From Eledone cirrhosa (taxonomy: Eukaryota): a stretch of DNA of 64,000 bases. The DNA lies in NCBI GenBank assembly GCA_964016885.1, contig OZ024752.1, positions 12,090,001 to 12,154,000 on the forward strand, read 5' to 3'. The stretch's first letter is position 1. Every line of letters starts with the position of its first letter. The translations under genes and the position numbers were made by a program. Below the pieces are notes generated by a model. The model worked only from the letters and a program-made list of their open reading frames with translations, ran no database searches and was not told the origin of the DNA. Positions 30,327 through 42,742 of this stretch are shown here, in pieces.

Positions 30327-30327
<1 letters not shown>
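24581..30327 (-). mobile_element. L1/Tx1-like LINE A, near full length, decayed, (TTA)n tail
   Basis: ORF1 pieces about 28238-30111 with CCHC knuckle CVVCGEGTHLKAFC; ORF2 from 28197 with APE (SINTRGL, SETR, GDWN, GPGYWKLN), RT (DQSKAFDRVDH, QGCP, YADD) and CPRC...ETVLHALVQC; aataaa plus (TTA)n. Confidence 0.92.
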
Positions 30328-30371
<44 letters not shown>

Positions 30372-30530
30372 TGTTTCTACTTTAGGCACAAGGCCAGCAA
30401 TTATGCCAGTGCATTACTGGTACTTTATTTTATCGACCCCGTAAGGATGAAAGGCAAAGTTAATGCTTTCTTTATTAACCACAAGGGTTGACACAAAGTA
30501 AAATATTAAAGACAATACAGGACGGCACAA

Positions 30531-33500
30531 ATAATAATAATAATAATGATTTCATTTATTGGCCTCAAGGGCCGACATGTAGGGGACAATACAAAGACAG
30601 GGACAGTGGGAGTTTACAATAAGGTCGAGTAAAAGTGCAGAATGGCAAGACTAATTTAACAATGAAGATATACAAATTTAAAATAAACTATGTATAAATA
30701 TAACAAAATAAATAAACTCCCCTATAGGGGGGGGATGACCCAGGGGTGACTCAGGTACCCCACCAATCCTGAACCACCCTGCGCTTCTAGTGCACCCAGG
30801 GAGAGCACCCCTCTCCTCAAGTTAGCTAGCCTATAGGCGCATGGTCAGAGTAGGCCCATTCACACGGGCCATTCTCGCCACATTCATCCACCTTTTAGCA
30901 AATGTACACTAGGGGGGGGGGGGGGCAGCACTTCTCTCTCCACCCTCACCTGCCTTTCCAGGTGAAACTTGAAGAAGTTGATGAAGGATTGGCCGAAGAG
31001 AAAAGTGTCTGTCTTCAGTCCTTTCAACCTGGTCCACCATACAACCTCTTTCGCAACTGCCACCAGACAGAGGAAAATTGCCTGCTCTTCCTGACCAAAG
31101 GAAGGCGGCGGGTCAATCTTCACTATGGACTCGGCCGGTAGCTGGGTCCGTTCTACGCGCGACAGTAGCTGTTCAACATAACTCCACAAGTCAGTAATAC
31201 ACGGACATTGGACAAGTGCGTGCAGAACGGTTTCGTCGCTCTGTGCGCATCTTGGACAGGTCCGTCTGACAGCACTTCCGTTCCTGTAGAGTTTATCCCG
31301 AACCGGCAGTGCCCCCCGGTAGCACTGCCAAGCGAGGGATGTCCATCGTCCCCGGTTCGAAAGTCCTCCGGAACAGACTGGTCAGTTCGACTTCGTCAAG
31401 GCCCAAAGCCTCTCCGAGAGTGTCATCGCACTTGCCCACCACTAATCCTCTATAGAACTTGAGAGTGGAAGTTCCACTGATCGCATTGCCCGCTTGGTAG
31501 AGGGCAGTGAGTGCCTGGCAACATTCCAGGTGCCAGTCACCCAGTCTCGGTCTCTTCTTGACCCAGGACTGCAGCTCAGTCAAAGAAACGAGCTGCGGAA
31601 GAGCCCGTCTGATAAACCACACCTGTTCACCGTTGAGGCAGAATATCTGGAGATGTCACAGTCTCAGCGCATGTCTGCGCATCATTAGCCACGGCATGCC
31701 CAGCCCTCCGTGTAGAAGGTGCTGGCAGCAGATGGATCGCCTCACCAACGGAACTTGAATTTGAAGAGGAGCCATTCCAACTTGACGAGGCGCGGATGGG
31801 GGCAAGGCACGACGGTCAGGCGGTAGTAGATGACGGACGCGATGTACGCATTCGCCACCTCCGCGCAGCCTTTCAGTGATAGCTTCCTCGCAGCCCATTT
31901 ATGGATGAGACTGGCTACCCTGCTCGTTACCTCGTCCCAATTCTTATCCACCTGGAGGTCTGGCCCGAACCAAACCCCGAGCAACTTTACCGGTCCGTCC
32001 GTCCAGCGCCCAACGACGCTGTTGGACGGCATGGACTTGCCTCTCCAGGTGCCGAGTTGCAAGCCCACCGACTTTTCCGGGTTAAGTTTTTCTCCCGTCA
32101 ACCTTTCATATTCCTCCAATAAGTTGCCGACCACCTCGATTTCTGCGGTGTCCGACACCATCACGGTAATGTCGCCCGCATAAGCCGACACAGCCCTTCC
32201 ACGTCCCGGTTCGAGCGGGATGCCATGCAACAGCTCCAGCTTCCGTAGTAAAGGCTCGAGAGTCAATACGTACAGAAGGGAAGAGAGAAGGCACTCTTGA
32301 CGGACCGATCGGGAGAGCCGAAATGGTTCCAAGAGGTGGCCATTGACCTTGACCACCGAGCATGTACCGCTGTGCATTGCAGCGGTCCAGCTTCTGAAGA
32401 GAGGGCCGAAGCCAGCCGCTTTGAGGACAGCCTCCAGATACCGATGGTCGACCCTATCAGATGCTTTCGATTGATCTAAATTGATTAGTGCCCCACCGAA
32501 GCCAGGTTTACACCCTACCCTCTCTATGATGTATCGCATGAGGTGGAGATTGTCGTGTATGGACCTGGCTGGGATTGCGCAAGTTTGCACCTCCCCAACC
32601 AAATCCTCGACGACAAGCGCCAATCTCTTTGCTAACACCTTGGCCAAAATCTTAAACTTTGTGTTGAGCAGAGTTATGGGCCTGAAGTGATATAATGTAT
32701 CCCTCTTGTTCTCGTCTTTCCTTATCAGCGTCACCACTACCCTGCTCACAGAACTGGGAATACTCCCATTCTGCTGCCAGTTGCAGTAGACCGCTTCGAG
32801 GAGATAGGAGAACAAGTCTGGCATATTTACGTAAAGCTCGTAGGGCAGCCCATCCAAACCGGGTGACTTGCGCCTCATGCAGCCGACAAGGGCGTCCTGA
32901 ATTTCGGCTGAAGTAATCGGCCTTTCGGAGCGCTCAGCGTCGACTGTCGAGATGCGCGGCAAGCCGTCAAGGTAGGGACTGAAATCCGCTACTCTCTCTG
33001 ACCCGCCACTCTCCCCGAACAACCGAGCAAAGTGCTGGCGAAAGGCCTCACACATTCGCTTGGAATCGCTTATCTCATGTCCGCCTCGGTCCGCCAAAGA
33101 CCAAATTGTGGTTTTATTCGGGCCCATTGAACATCTTTGGTTCCCTATTTTCTCAGCGGACGGGCTTTAGCTCTGACAATGCAACCTTCGTGTTTCGCAT
33201 TGAAGAAATGATCTAATGCCATTCTCGCCGCTATCACGTCAGTTGCAATGTCACTACAAATAGCCTCGTCTAACTTATCTACCAGCTCCCCCTCTTTTCT
33301 ATTTTTCTCTGGCGCGCTAGTTCTTTGCTGAACTCCCCACCATCTGTTGTTGATGATCCCCCGTGTTAACTTTTGCTTAACTAAATTGTTGACTCGGTCC
33401 CTGTAAGCCTTACGTGCCGGAAATGACATATTCAGCTTCCAGTAACCCGGTCCCAACCTATGCGTTTTATCTAGGTCGACCATACAGATCACAAATTTGT

Positions 33501-36496
33501 GATCTGAATAGGCGACCGTTTTAAAAGGTAGGCAGCCTACACTATTTCTATCTATTTTCCTAATGAAGATCCTATCTATATACGATCTAGATGACCCTAT
33601 GCGGTTGGTCCACGTCCACACTGGCGCATTGGGGAAATCTATTCGATACCTGTCAGACAGTTGGAACTGGCTGATTAAGTGCTTGAGGCTTTGCACCCCC
33701 CGCTCCTATCAGCTACTCCCACACAATCCCAGCATGCGTCTAAGATGCCGTTCCAGTCCCCAGCTAACAGTAAAGAGCGAGATGTACCCAGAAAGGTTTC
33801 CAGGCCAGCAGTCTAAAGAACCATCTTCGCTACTGCTCACATCCAGGACCACCAACTTATCGTCCGGGTCCTGGAAGATCGACCTTACCTCGAGATCCAG
33901 GCCTTTCCTAAACAGCACTATCACCCCACCTCCATTCTCAGCCTGCTAACAAATACGAAGATCTGATAGTCGTCGAAAATTGGGGCTAGTGCGCGCGTGT
34001 CGGAAATCCTGGTCTCGCTGACGGCAATCACATCCATTTCCAGAGACCTGAGGTCGTTGTGTAGGCGACCCTGCTTCCAGGGTGACCCCAGGCCGCGAAC
34101 ATTTAAACTTCCTACTCTTAATATGGCCATGTTGGCAAGCTAAAAGAGAGAGGGAAGGTTTACTTACCTCCCGGGGTCTTGTGAAGGTCGGGTGGTTCGA
34201 CCTCCATGGTTGGTGGGGTTTCTTTGGGGAACCCCTTTAAAGGTCTCGATGTGGGTTTCACATTCGGGGTTCCCACGTCTTGAGGAAAGCTTTCCCGAAT
34301 TTCTTTGAAGGAATCGAGCGACATTCGGACCAGAATCAAATCTTCTGGCACACAAAGTGTGCTCATTTCAAAGATCTCCCCCTCTGTTTGAATGTCCTCG
34401 CTTCGTGCTAAGAGGGCTATCAGTTTATCGTTGGCCCTTCTGACAAGCACGAAGTTTTTAATATTTTGTTGGTGTGGTTTTATTTATTTTCGTTTTGGTG
34501 ACTGTGGTAGTGATGCTTTTGGTGGTGGTGTTTCGGGTATGTCTGTGTTTGTTGTAGGTGTGGTGTCTGCAATTTCAGGTGTCTGTGTGTTTATTTGTTC
34601 TTGCGTTTGTTTAGGTTGTTTGCGTTTGGGGGATTGTGGGGATGGTGTTGATGTTGATGTTGATGCTGATGTTATTGGGGAAGTGTTTGCGTTAGTGGTG
34701 TCTCTACTTTTTGTTGTGTATGTTTTTGTGTTTTGTTAGGGCTTTTTTGTGAGTTTTCTCTTTTGCTTTTTTGGCACTTTTGGGTTTTCCTTCATCTTCG
34801 CTGCTGGAAGACAAAGGGTCTGTGGCTGTGAGTGTATCTGTCTTTGTGTGTGCGTTTATTGTTTTGTCTATGTGTATAATTGGAGGGGTAGGGGGAGTGG
34901 GAACGCTTTCCTCGTTTTCCCCTTGGATTGGTTTCGGTGTTGGTGGTGGTCCGGCTCTTTTTGATGTTGGTGGGGTTACCCGTGTCTTTGTTGGTGTTGT
35001 TTTTTATGTTGGTGGTGCAGCTTTCCGTGCTGACACTGGCGTTGGTAACAAAAGAGGTTTGCGACCCCCTGCATTTTTGAGCTGAGGGCAGAAGGCTTGC
35101 AGATGCGTTGCTTCCCCGCAGACGAAGAAGTGCGGCCTTCTTCCCTCAGTGTTTAATTGGATTGTTGTCCCGTCCTGCAGGCTGGAAAAATCCGGGATGT
35201 TGTTGTTGTCTTCTGGTTTCATTTGGAGAAGAATCTCCAAATCCATTCCGGAACAGTCTTCTCTCTCTGTCCTTTTGATATCTAGGAGGGTAGTGTCTGT
35301 CCCCTCCTCGATTTCGCATCCCAGGAGCCACCATATGTTCATTCCTGGTGGGATCCTGGGAATGCGGACTTTCACTGTCCGTTTGCCTGTGGGACGGGTG
35401 CATGATAATGCGTTCTGCAGGGGGTCACCGAGTGCTTAATAGCAAGAGCCTCGGTTCTGAACAGTACCGAGATGGTACCGAACTGCTTGGCCCTTGCTTT
35501 GTACTCGATGTCACTTCCGATACACCTCAAAGCAGCCTCGACCTCTGCTTGGCTGACGAGTTCTACTTTGCGCGTCTGCACTGAAATGCTTCGAAAGTAC
35601 ACCGTCCTCCTTGGCATGGCCGCTATTTCCCTGTCCAGGATGGCCATGTTTACCCAGGACTTCTCTCGTTTAATTAACCTCCACGCCTGGGCCAACTGTT
35701 GTTCCTTATCGCCAATATCTACATTGAAAAAGCGCTTTGTTTTCGCTGCTGCCGCTGCAAAGGTGGTGCCTCTGTTGCTCTTGTTGTTGGTGTTGTCGTT
35801 CTTGCTCTTGTTGTTGGTGTTGTTGTTATAGTTTTGTTTGTTGCTGTTGCCGTTGCCGCCGCCATCAGTGTTTACATTGTTTACAATGTTTACATTGAGG
35901 CTGTCGGGTGTTATGGTCGTTGTTGTTCTGGGTTGTTGTTGTGTTGGTGGTGGTGGTGGCGGCGGCGGAAGTGGTGATGTCATTTTGAGATGGTACTGCT
36001 ACCATCACAAAAGGTTGTGATGGTAACTTTTGTGTTTTGTTTTTTTATTCAGTGGGATGGGGGACATACTTGTCTGTAGTAGTAGTAGTAGTAGTTGTTG
36101 GTGTTGGTGTTGGTGTTGGTGTTGTTGTTGTTTCTATAGTGGATGTTTTTGAACTTTTGACCTGTACGTTGTTTACCTGTACGTTGTTTACCTGTACGTT
36201 GTTTACCTGTACGTTGTTTACCTGTACGTTGTTTACTGTTTCAAGGTCGAAATTTTCCATTTTTTTAATGTTTTTTTTTATGGAGAAGCGATTTTTTTTT
36301 TCTGAGTTTTAAAAAATAAATCTGAATAATCGGGCTTAAAGCCCGAATATTGAGAGGTCTCCCCTCCTTGGAACCAAGGTAGGTACCTGATGCTTCGTTA
36401 TCGACAAGAAAATACAAAAAATGATACTTTAAAACAGCTTAAAGTTACGAACCTTTTCCACCTCAAACTTGTGCATCTTCACACATGTGCGTCCAT
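30531..36496 (-). mobile_element. L1/Tx1-like LINE B, near full length, decayed, (TTA)n tail
   Basis: ORF1 pieces 34160-36260 (VCGEATHLQAFC); ORF2 from 34130 (SLNVRGL, SETR, YSDH, GPGYWKLN; 461-aa RT piece 31742-33127 with YAGD); collinear with but diverged from LINE A. Confidence 0.92.
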
Positions 36497-36572
36497 ATAA
36501 TAATTGTTTCTACTTTAGGCACAAGGCCAGCAATTACCCAGTGCATACTGGTACTTTATTTTATCGACCCGG

Positions 36573-37135
36573 TAAGGGCATTTGATATAGACAACTGGGA
36601 GGAGATAGCTCTAAATAGGGCTGAGTGGAGAAAGCACATAAAGGGCAGTTGCAAATCTTTTGAGGAATGTCGTCTAGAACATAAACAACTGAAGCGGTAG
36701 CTCCGGAAGGGCTGCGTTCACAGTCTTGATGAAGTCATCAGTAGTTGGACATGTGTACACGTCTCAAAGGCGTGTGTACTCTCAGTGTGTACGCTTCAAA
36801 GGTTGGTTATGTTAATCACCTGAAGTCACATGAAAGGATAACCACCTGCAACACCACTCAACAAAGACCTGGCGAAACAACGTGCGTGATATGCAACAAA
36901 GTGTGTAGAACTAGTTCCGGACTAAAAAGACACATGGTGGTACATAAAGATTGTGTCCCACGGGGTGACACCACCGGTTCTGTGGAAAGCCCAACTCTCT
37001 TCTGTCACCTGTGTCTTAAACCATGTAGATCTACAGCTGGTCTAAAGTCATCTACGAAGTCGTGGACGAAGATGGGATGACAATAAAGAATCTATAAGAG
37101 AGGGCAATCGTCTGTGAAGACGCTGCAATCATCAC
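36573..37135 (+). mobile_element. RTE/BovB-like LINE 3' fragment with three C2H2-like fingers
   Basis: IDNWEEIALNRAEWRK..FEE..R motif followed by GYVNHLKSH, CVICNKVCRTSSGLKRHMVVH and CHLCLKPCRSTAGLKS. Confidence 0.65.
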
Positions 37136-37665
37136 ATATGTAGGCATGCATGTACTTATGTATGGTTCAAGTTATGTATGGTGCCATAAATATAGATATT
37201 CCATAAACATGTACTCACCATGTACTCACCATGTACTCACCATGTACTCACCAAAATAAACGTTTAACAATTTTATCAAAGTAGAATGATAACTTATGAC
37301 TTAGTTGAACCATTATTAAAATTCTGTTTAGGTGTTTTGAAATTTTTATTCATATAACTGAGGATGAAGAATTCAGAGCTGTATGGATGCCTCTCAAAAG
37401 ACAGCTTGAAAGTGACACAGAGGAGACTGAGGTTAGCTAGACATGCTCACTGACATTCAGAGTTGGCACTGCACTCAGTGCTCCTGTGGGAGCCCCTGCA
37501 TGGACACACTGGAAGAGGCAGACCGAGGTTGACATATTGATGCCCTAAGGACAGACACTGGTCTCTGGGAGACGCAGGACGTGGCAGTGATGATGAAGGA
37601 CAGAGACCGCTGGAGAGAACTCGTCCATGAATCTCGGGAATTTTACCCGCCCTAGATTCATATAA

Positions 37666-39182
37666 CTAAAGACGAATCCATTGTGGCAAAAAATAGTCCT
37701 TATAGTCAGCACTATAATCACGTCGACGGGCTGAATTTTCTATAGCTGGTGGGAAATAGTAAGTAACTTTTCCTTTAGAGAAGAATCCGGCCCACCAGCT
37801 GAAAGTACCTAGAGAAGAAATCAAATGATCACAGCTAGATAGAATAGCCATATCTTCTGCTGGTGAGTTACCTTTTACAAAATAAGTACTATTGTCAAAT
37901 ATATTTTTTTCACACCATGGTATACCATCAGAACAAACAATAAATATCACATTTTTATAATGAGATCGAAACCATTTTTTTGCCTTTATGAAATATTCCT
38001 TTGTAGCTGTGGTAAATCCCCATTTGTTGTTTACCATATCACCACGTCGTGCATGTATTCCCACTAACGTCCAGTTCTTTATTGATGTATTTATAGTAAT
38101 GTTTTCATGAGTTTTAACAAAGTTCTTTAGAATTCTAACAGCTTTCTGTTTAATGTTCTTTTTAAAAATGAACTGAGTACGGATTTCGTCGAATATGTGT
38201 TCAAAATACTTGTAAGACTGTAAAAAAGTCCCAATAAAAATATTGTTGTAATTATTAATATCAAATAAATCAGAATCAAAAGCACTTGGATGATGTTCAT
38301 ATTTTCTCTTAGCCTTTCTGCAAATTGATACATTTCTCCCAAAACCTTTAATATCAAATGTATCGAGTAAAAATATTTTTGCATTACAAACGATCAAATT
38401 CCTATTTCTAAGCCTTGCTATTCCTAAACCTGTAGCAAAAACAAACATTTGATTTCCCAACCTTGAAACTAAATTGATGCACACGTATTTTTGTGTAGTT
38501 CTTTGTCTTTCCAAACTTGTAGTGTTATGGTAGGTAGGTGGTTGAGTTCTTGTTGCTCGTGTTTTTAAACTTGTAGTGTTATGGTAGGTAGGTGGTTGAG
38601 TGCTTGTTGCTCGTGTTTTCAAACTTGTAGTCTTATGGTAGGTAGGTGGTTGAGTGCTTGTTGCTCGTGTTTTCAAACTTGTAGTCTTATGGTAGGTAGG
38701 TGGTTGAGTGCTTGTTGCTCGTGTTTTCAAACTTGTAGTCTTATGGTAGGTAGGTGGTTGAGTGCTTGTTGCTCGTGTTTTCAAACTTGTAGTCTTATGG
38801 TAGGTAGGTGGTTGAGTGCTTGTTGCTCGTGTTTTCAAACTTGTAGTCTTATGGTAGGTAGGTGGTTGAGTGCTTGTTGCTCGTGTTTTCAAACTTGTAG
38901 TCTTATGGTAGGTAGGTGGTTGAGTTCTTGTTGCTCGTGTTTTCAAACTTGTAGTCTTATGGTAGGTAGGTGAGTGAGTAGATGTTATACGTTTTTTCAA
39001 CATAGTTGGATTAAGAAGAGTAGACGGTGTGGTGACCATTTCCAATTTGCTATTTATTATGAAATTGACTGGTAATTTGAAATTAAGTATTCTTTGTGGA
39101 AATCTGGTGAAGGGAATTCCCATAAAGACAAAATACATGGAAACAAAAGCCATGGTAGAAAATAATATACACATGCGTTTAC
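37666..39182 (-). CDS. Alpha-1,2-fucosyltransferase-like (GT11, FUT1/FUT2-like) type II Golgi protein, main coding exon
   Basis: Intact 502-aa frame; N-terminal TM segment; motifs RLGNQMF, GIHARRGD, CSDGIPWC, DMAILSSCDHLISSLGTFSWWAGF, DYFLPQW; acceptor tttttattttacag ending at 39183. Confidence 0.93.
38513..38985 (-). repeat. 54-bp coding tandem repeat, about 8.8 copies (STQPPTYHKTTSLKTRAT)
   Basis: atggtagg recurs every 54 bp from 38527 to 38959 (nine times). Confidence 0.97.
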
Positions 39183-39439
39183 CTGTAAAATAAAAATAGA
39201 AACTATATAATGTAATAGTAATTTTAAATGTAATAAGTAACGTTGTTATCGAAACATTTAGCAGGGGTACAAAAGGAATTATGTTGACCTAGGGCTATAA
39301 TGAAACTACTCCCTACCTACTCTCCATAATTTATGACCAAACATTATTTTTACCTTCATCTCGTGTCTGCTGCTCACTGGAACTGCTGAGAATAAGCATT
39401 TTTTAGCCTTGTATCGCTTTCCCCGTTATTATTTTTACA

Positions 39440-40135
39440 ATTGGCAGTATCGGTAGAGAGTCGAACACCATGCTTAGAAGCATAGAATTACGTCCCTTTA
39501 TGATCTGAGTTCAAATCCCGCCGAGGTTAACTTTGCCTTTCATCCTTACGGGGTCGATAAAATAAAGTACCAGTAATGTACTGGGATAATTGCTGGCCTT
39601 GTGCCTAAAATAGAAACAATTATTTTTACAATTTTTTTACAATTGTAGTGGATTGGCAGTATCGGTAGAGCGTCGGACGCCATTCTTTGCAACACAGTGT
39701 TACGTCCCTTTACGGACTGAGTTCAAATCCCGCCGAGGTTAACTTTGCCTTTCATCCTTACGATGTCGATAAAATAAAGTACCAGTAATGTATTGGGTAA
39801 TTGCTGGTCTTGTGCCAAATGTAGAAACAATTATTTTTACAATTTTTTTTATCATTATACTATTACTCCTGGTGACATTCCCAGCTGTTGAGGCGTTTTA
39901 TTGGTATTAATTTATTGATAATTTAAGGCAGCGGGTTGGCAGTATCGCTAGAGCATCGTTACATAGAGTTACGTCCCTTCACGTTCTGAGTTCAAATCAC
40001 GCCGAGGTTAGCTTTGCCTTTCATCCTTACAGGGTTGATAAAATAAAGTACCAGTAATGCACTGGATTCGATTGAATCAACTTTCCGCTCCCCTTAAAAT
40101 TGCTGACCTTGTGCCTAAAGTAGAAACAATTTTTG
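39440..40135 (+). mobile_element. Three head-to-tail family-1 SINE copies in the FUT intron
   Basis: Copies at about 39440-39625, 39645-39835 and 39925-40130; linker ttatttttacaatt repeated. Confidence 0.85.
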
Positions 40136-40192
40136 ATAATTGTTCCTTATTTTTTTTAAATATAAGTTTTATGTAAATCCTCACTGTCTCTG

Positions 40193-40723
40193 TTTTGGTA
40201 TAACCCTTAAGGTTTGGTATAACGCTTTAGGTTTGGTATAGCCCTTTAGGTTTGGTATAACCCTTAAGGTTTGGTATAACCCTTTAGGTTTGGTATAACC
40301 CTTAAGGTTTGGTATAACCCTTTAGGTTTGGTATAACGCTTTAGGTTTGGTATAGCCCTTTAGGTTTGGTATAGCGCTTTAGGTTTGGTATAGCCCTTTA
40401 GGTTTGGTATAACCCTTTAGGTTTGGTATAACGCTTTAGGTTTGGTATAGCCCTTTAGGTTTGGTATAACGCTTTAGGTTTGGTATAGCCCTTTAGGTTT
40501 TGTATAGCGCTTTAGGTTTGGTATAACGCTTTAGGTTTGGTATAACGCTTTAGGTTTGGTATAGCCCTTTAGGTTTGGTATAACGCTTTAGGTTTGGTAT
40601 AGCCCTTTAGGTTTGGTATAACCCTTAAGGTTTGGTATAACGCTTTAGGTTTGGTATAGCCCTTTAGGTTTGGTATAACGCTTTAGGTTTGGTATAGCCC
40701 TTTAGGTTGGGTATAGCCCTTTA
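40193..40723. repeat. 19-bp minisatellite, about 28 copies (consensus TARCSCTTWAGGTTTGGTA)
   Basis: Contiguous units with no spacers; variation almost confined to three positions. Confidence 0.95.
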
Positions 40724-41038
40724 AAGAAATAATAATAATAATGGTTGCTGATTTAGGCACAAGGCCAGCAATTTTTTTTTTGGGTGGGGGGGGGGGGGAG
40801 TCGGCACCAGTATATTACTGATGCTTTATTTTATCGACCCCGTGAGGATGAAAGGCAAAGCTAACCTCGGCGAGATTTGAACTCAGAAAGTAAAAGTGTG
40901 TAACTTTATGCCACAAAGCATCAATACTGCCAATCCACATTACTATATAATGATTGAAGGACTGCGACACTGTGTCAGTAATATTTTTTTTTTTTCTGAA
41001 CACGTTATTTAAATAAGTTGGATTACTTTGAATAAATA

Positions 41039-41226
41039 AATGTTTCTACGTTAGGCATAAGGCCAGCAATTACCCAGTGCATTACTGGTACTTTATTTTA
41101 TCGACCCCGTAAGGATGAAAAGCAAAGTCAACCTCGGCGGGATTTGAACTCAGATCGTAAAGGGACGTAACTATGCTGGAAAGCATGGCGTCCGACCCTC
41201 TACCGATACTGCCAATTCACCGCCCT
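41039..41226 (-). mobile_element. Family-1 SINE with 16-bp TSD nested in a Helitron-like repeat
   Basis: tactttgaataaataa on both sides. Confidence 0.85.
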
Positions 41227-41259
41227 ACTTTGAATAAATAATGAATTAATATTACATAA

Positions 41260-41642
41260 TGGAGGCACATGGCTTAGTGGTTAGAGCATTGGCCTTGCAA
41301 TCGAAAGGTTGTGAGTTCAATTCTCAGACCGGGTGATGTGTTGTTTCCTTGAGCAAGACACTTTGCTCCAGTTTACTCAGCTGTAGAAATGAGATGATAG
41401 GGACTGGGGTCCTTATCATTCCACTGCAAAGTGGTCGTGGAGGTGCCACGGCAAAAAAGCACCCAGCCCACACTGAAAAGTGGACGTGTAGGCGCCACGA
41501 AAAAAGCACCCAGCACTCACTGTAAATGAGGTTGGTGATAGGAAGGGCATCCAGCTGTAGAAATCAAGCCTGAATCAGTTCCCGTCCCACCCTTGCAAGC
41601 AGGGAAAAGTGGACGTAAAAATGATGATGATGATGATGATGA
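41260..41642 (+). mobile_element. tRNA-derived SINE family 2 with (ATG)n tail
   Basis: A-box tggcttagtggttagagc, B-box gagttcaattc, tail ggaagggcatccagctgtagaaa...(atg)n. Confidence 0.85.
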
Positions 41643-42406
41643 ATTTATGTACTAAATTTCGTAGCAGTTGATTAAACATAAATATCCTTATATATAATGA
41701 TTGCTTATTTTAAGATTCACTTCTTTCCGGGTAGCGTCCATTATATCATAACACTTACAGCCGTACGCTATATCACATCGCTTATATAAACGTTCATATA
41801 TTTGCATCATAACGTTTATATTTCTGTCGCTAATTTTCTCCTTTTTCGTTTTCATTACATTTCACCGTAATGCAGTTTATATATAATATTGTCTTTTTAA
41901 ATGTATCCTGGGTTACTTTACTGATTACAGAAGAGAGCGTAACACAGTCTCTCTTCAATTTCTGTGCATATTGTGAATTACGATTTTATTTGACGTATCA
42001 TATCTACATGCATATATATTTGCATATAATATCAATATGCACACTACACATGCTAGCAGACACCACCCCCTTTGGGTGTTTTTTTTTTGCTAGTAATAAT
42101 TGTTTCTACTTTAGGCACAAGGCCAGCAATTTGAAAGGGAGGGGAAAGTCGATTAAATCGACCCCAGTGCATTACTGGTATTTTATTTTATCGACCCCGT
42201 AAGGAAGAAAGGCAAAGCTAACCTCGGCGGGATTTGAATTCGGTCCATAAAGGGCCGTAACTCTATGCTGCAAAGCATGGCGTCAATTATTATTTAGACA
42301 TTTATCTTCCCACATTGTGCCAAATGTTAGAAAACATTATTTAAACGGCAGACTAAAAGATTAGAATTAACAATCCCTTATGGTATTAAATTATATGCCT
42401 TTAGGT

Positions 42407-42742
42407 CAGAGATTCTGAGAGTGGGCGCTATCACCCCGGGGCGCATTGAGAAGGTCCAGGGGTGTACTGGAGCCTAAGGAGGCGGTAGAGATGATATAAT
42501 AGTATATTAAATATCAAATGATACATATTATGTAAAAATATAGTAAAATAAAAAAAAATATGATATTTATTTATACATAGTATATATTATATTATTTAGT
42601 ATATATAAATTAACGATTTTATTTATAATATCATATTTACAATTTGCGTGTAGGTAGGTCTCTCTGGAAATAGGGTTGAGGGATCTGAGGGCATTACGTG
42701 ATCGTGAGGGTGGTGGTGACCCAAAAGATTTGAGAACCTCTG
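42407..42742. mobile_element. hAT (Charlie-like) MITE
   Basis: Termini cagagattct / agaacctctg; 8-bp TSD ctttaggt / gtttaggt. Confidence 0.7.

Noticed and set aside
36745-37080. Host C2H2 zinc-finger gene
   Set aside because: Directly continues an RTE-type C-terminal motif with stops and frameshifts; better explained as a LINE 3' end
38581-38973. Antisense Cys-rich repeat ORF (MVGRWLSACCSCFQTCSL)n
   Set aside because: By-product of the opposite-strand 54-bp VNTR; it ends with the array
40193-40723. Possible CRISPR array or telomeric tract
   Set aside because: Units are contiguous with no unique spacers, the context is eukaryotic, and the period is 19 bp rather than a TTAGGG run
41261-41335. 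tRNA gene
   Set aside because: tRNA-like head runs into a SINE body and (ATG)n tail without a proper acceptor stem; the same applies to family-1 heads
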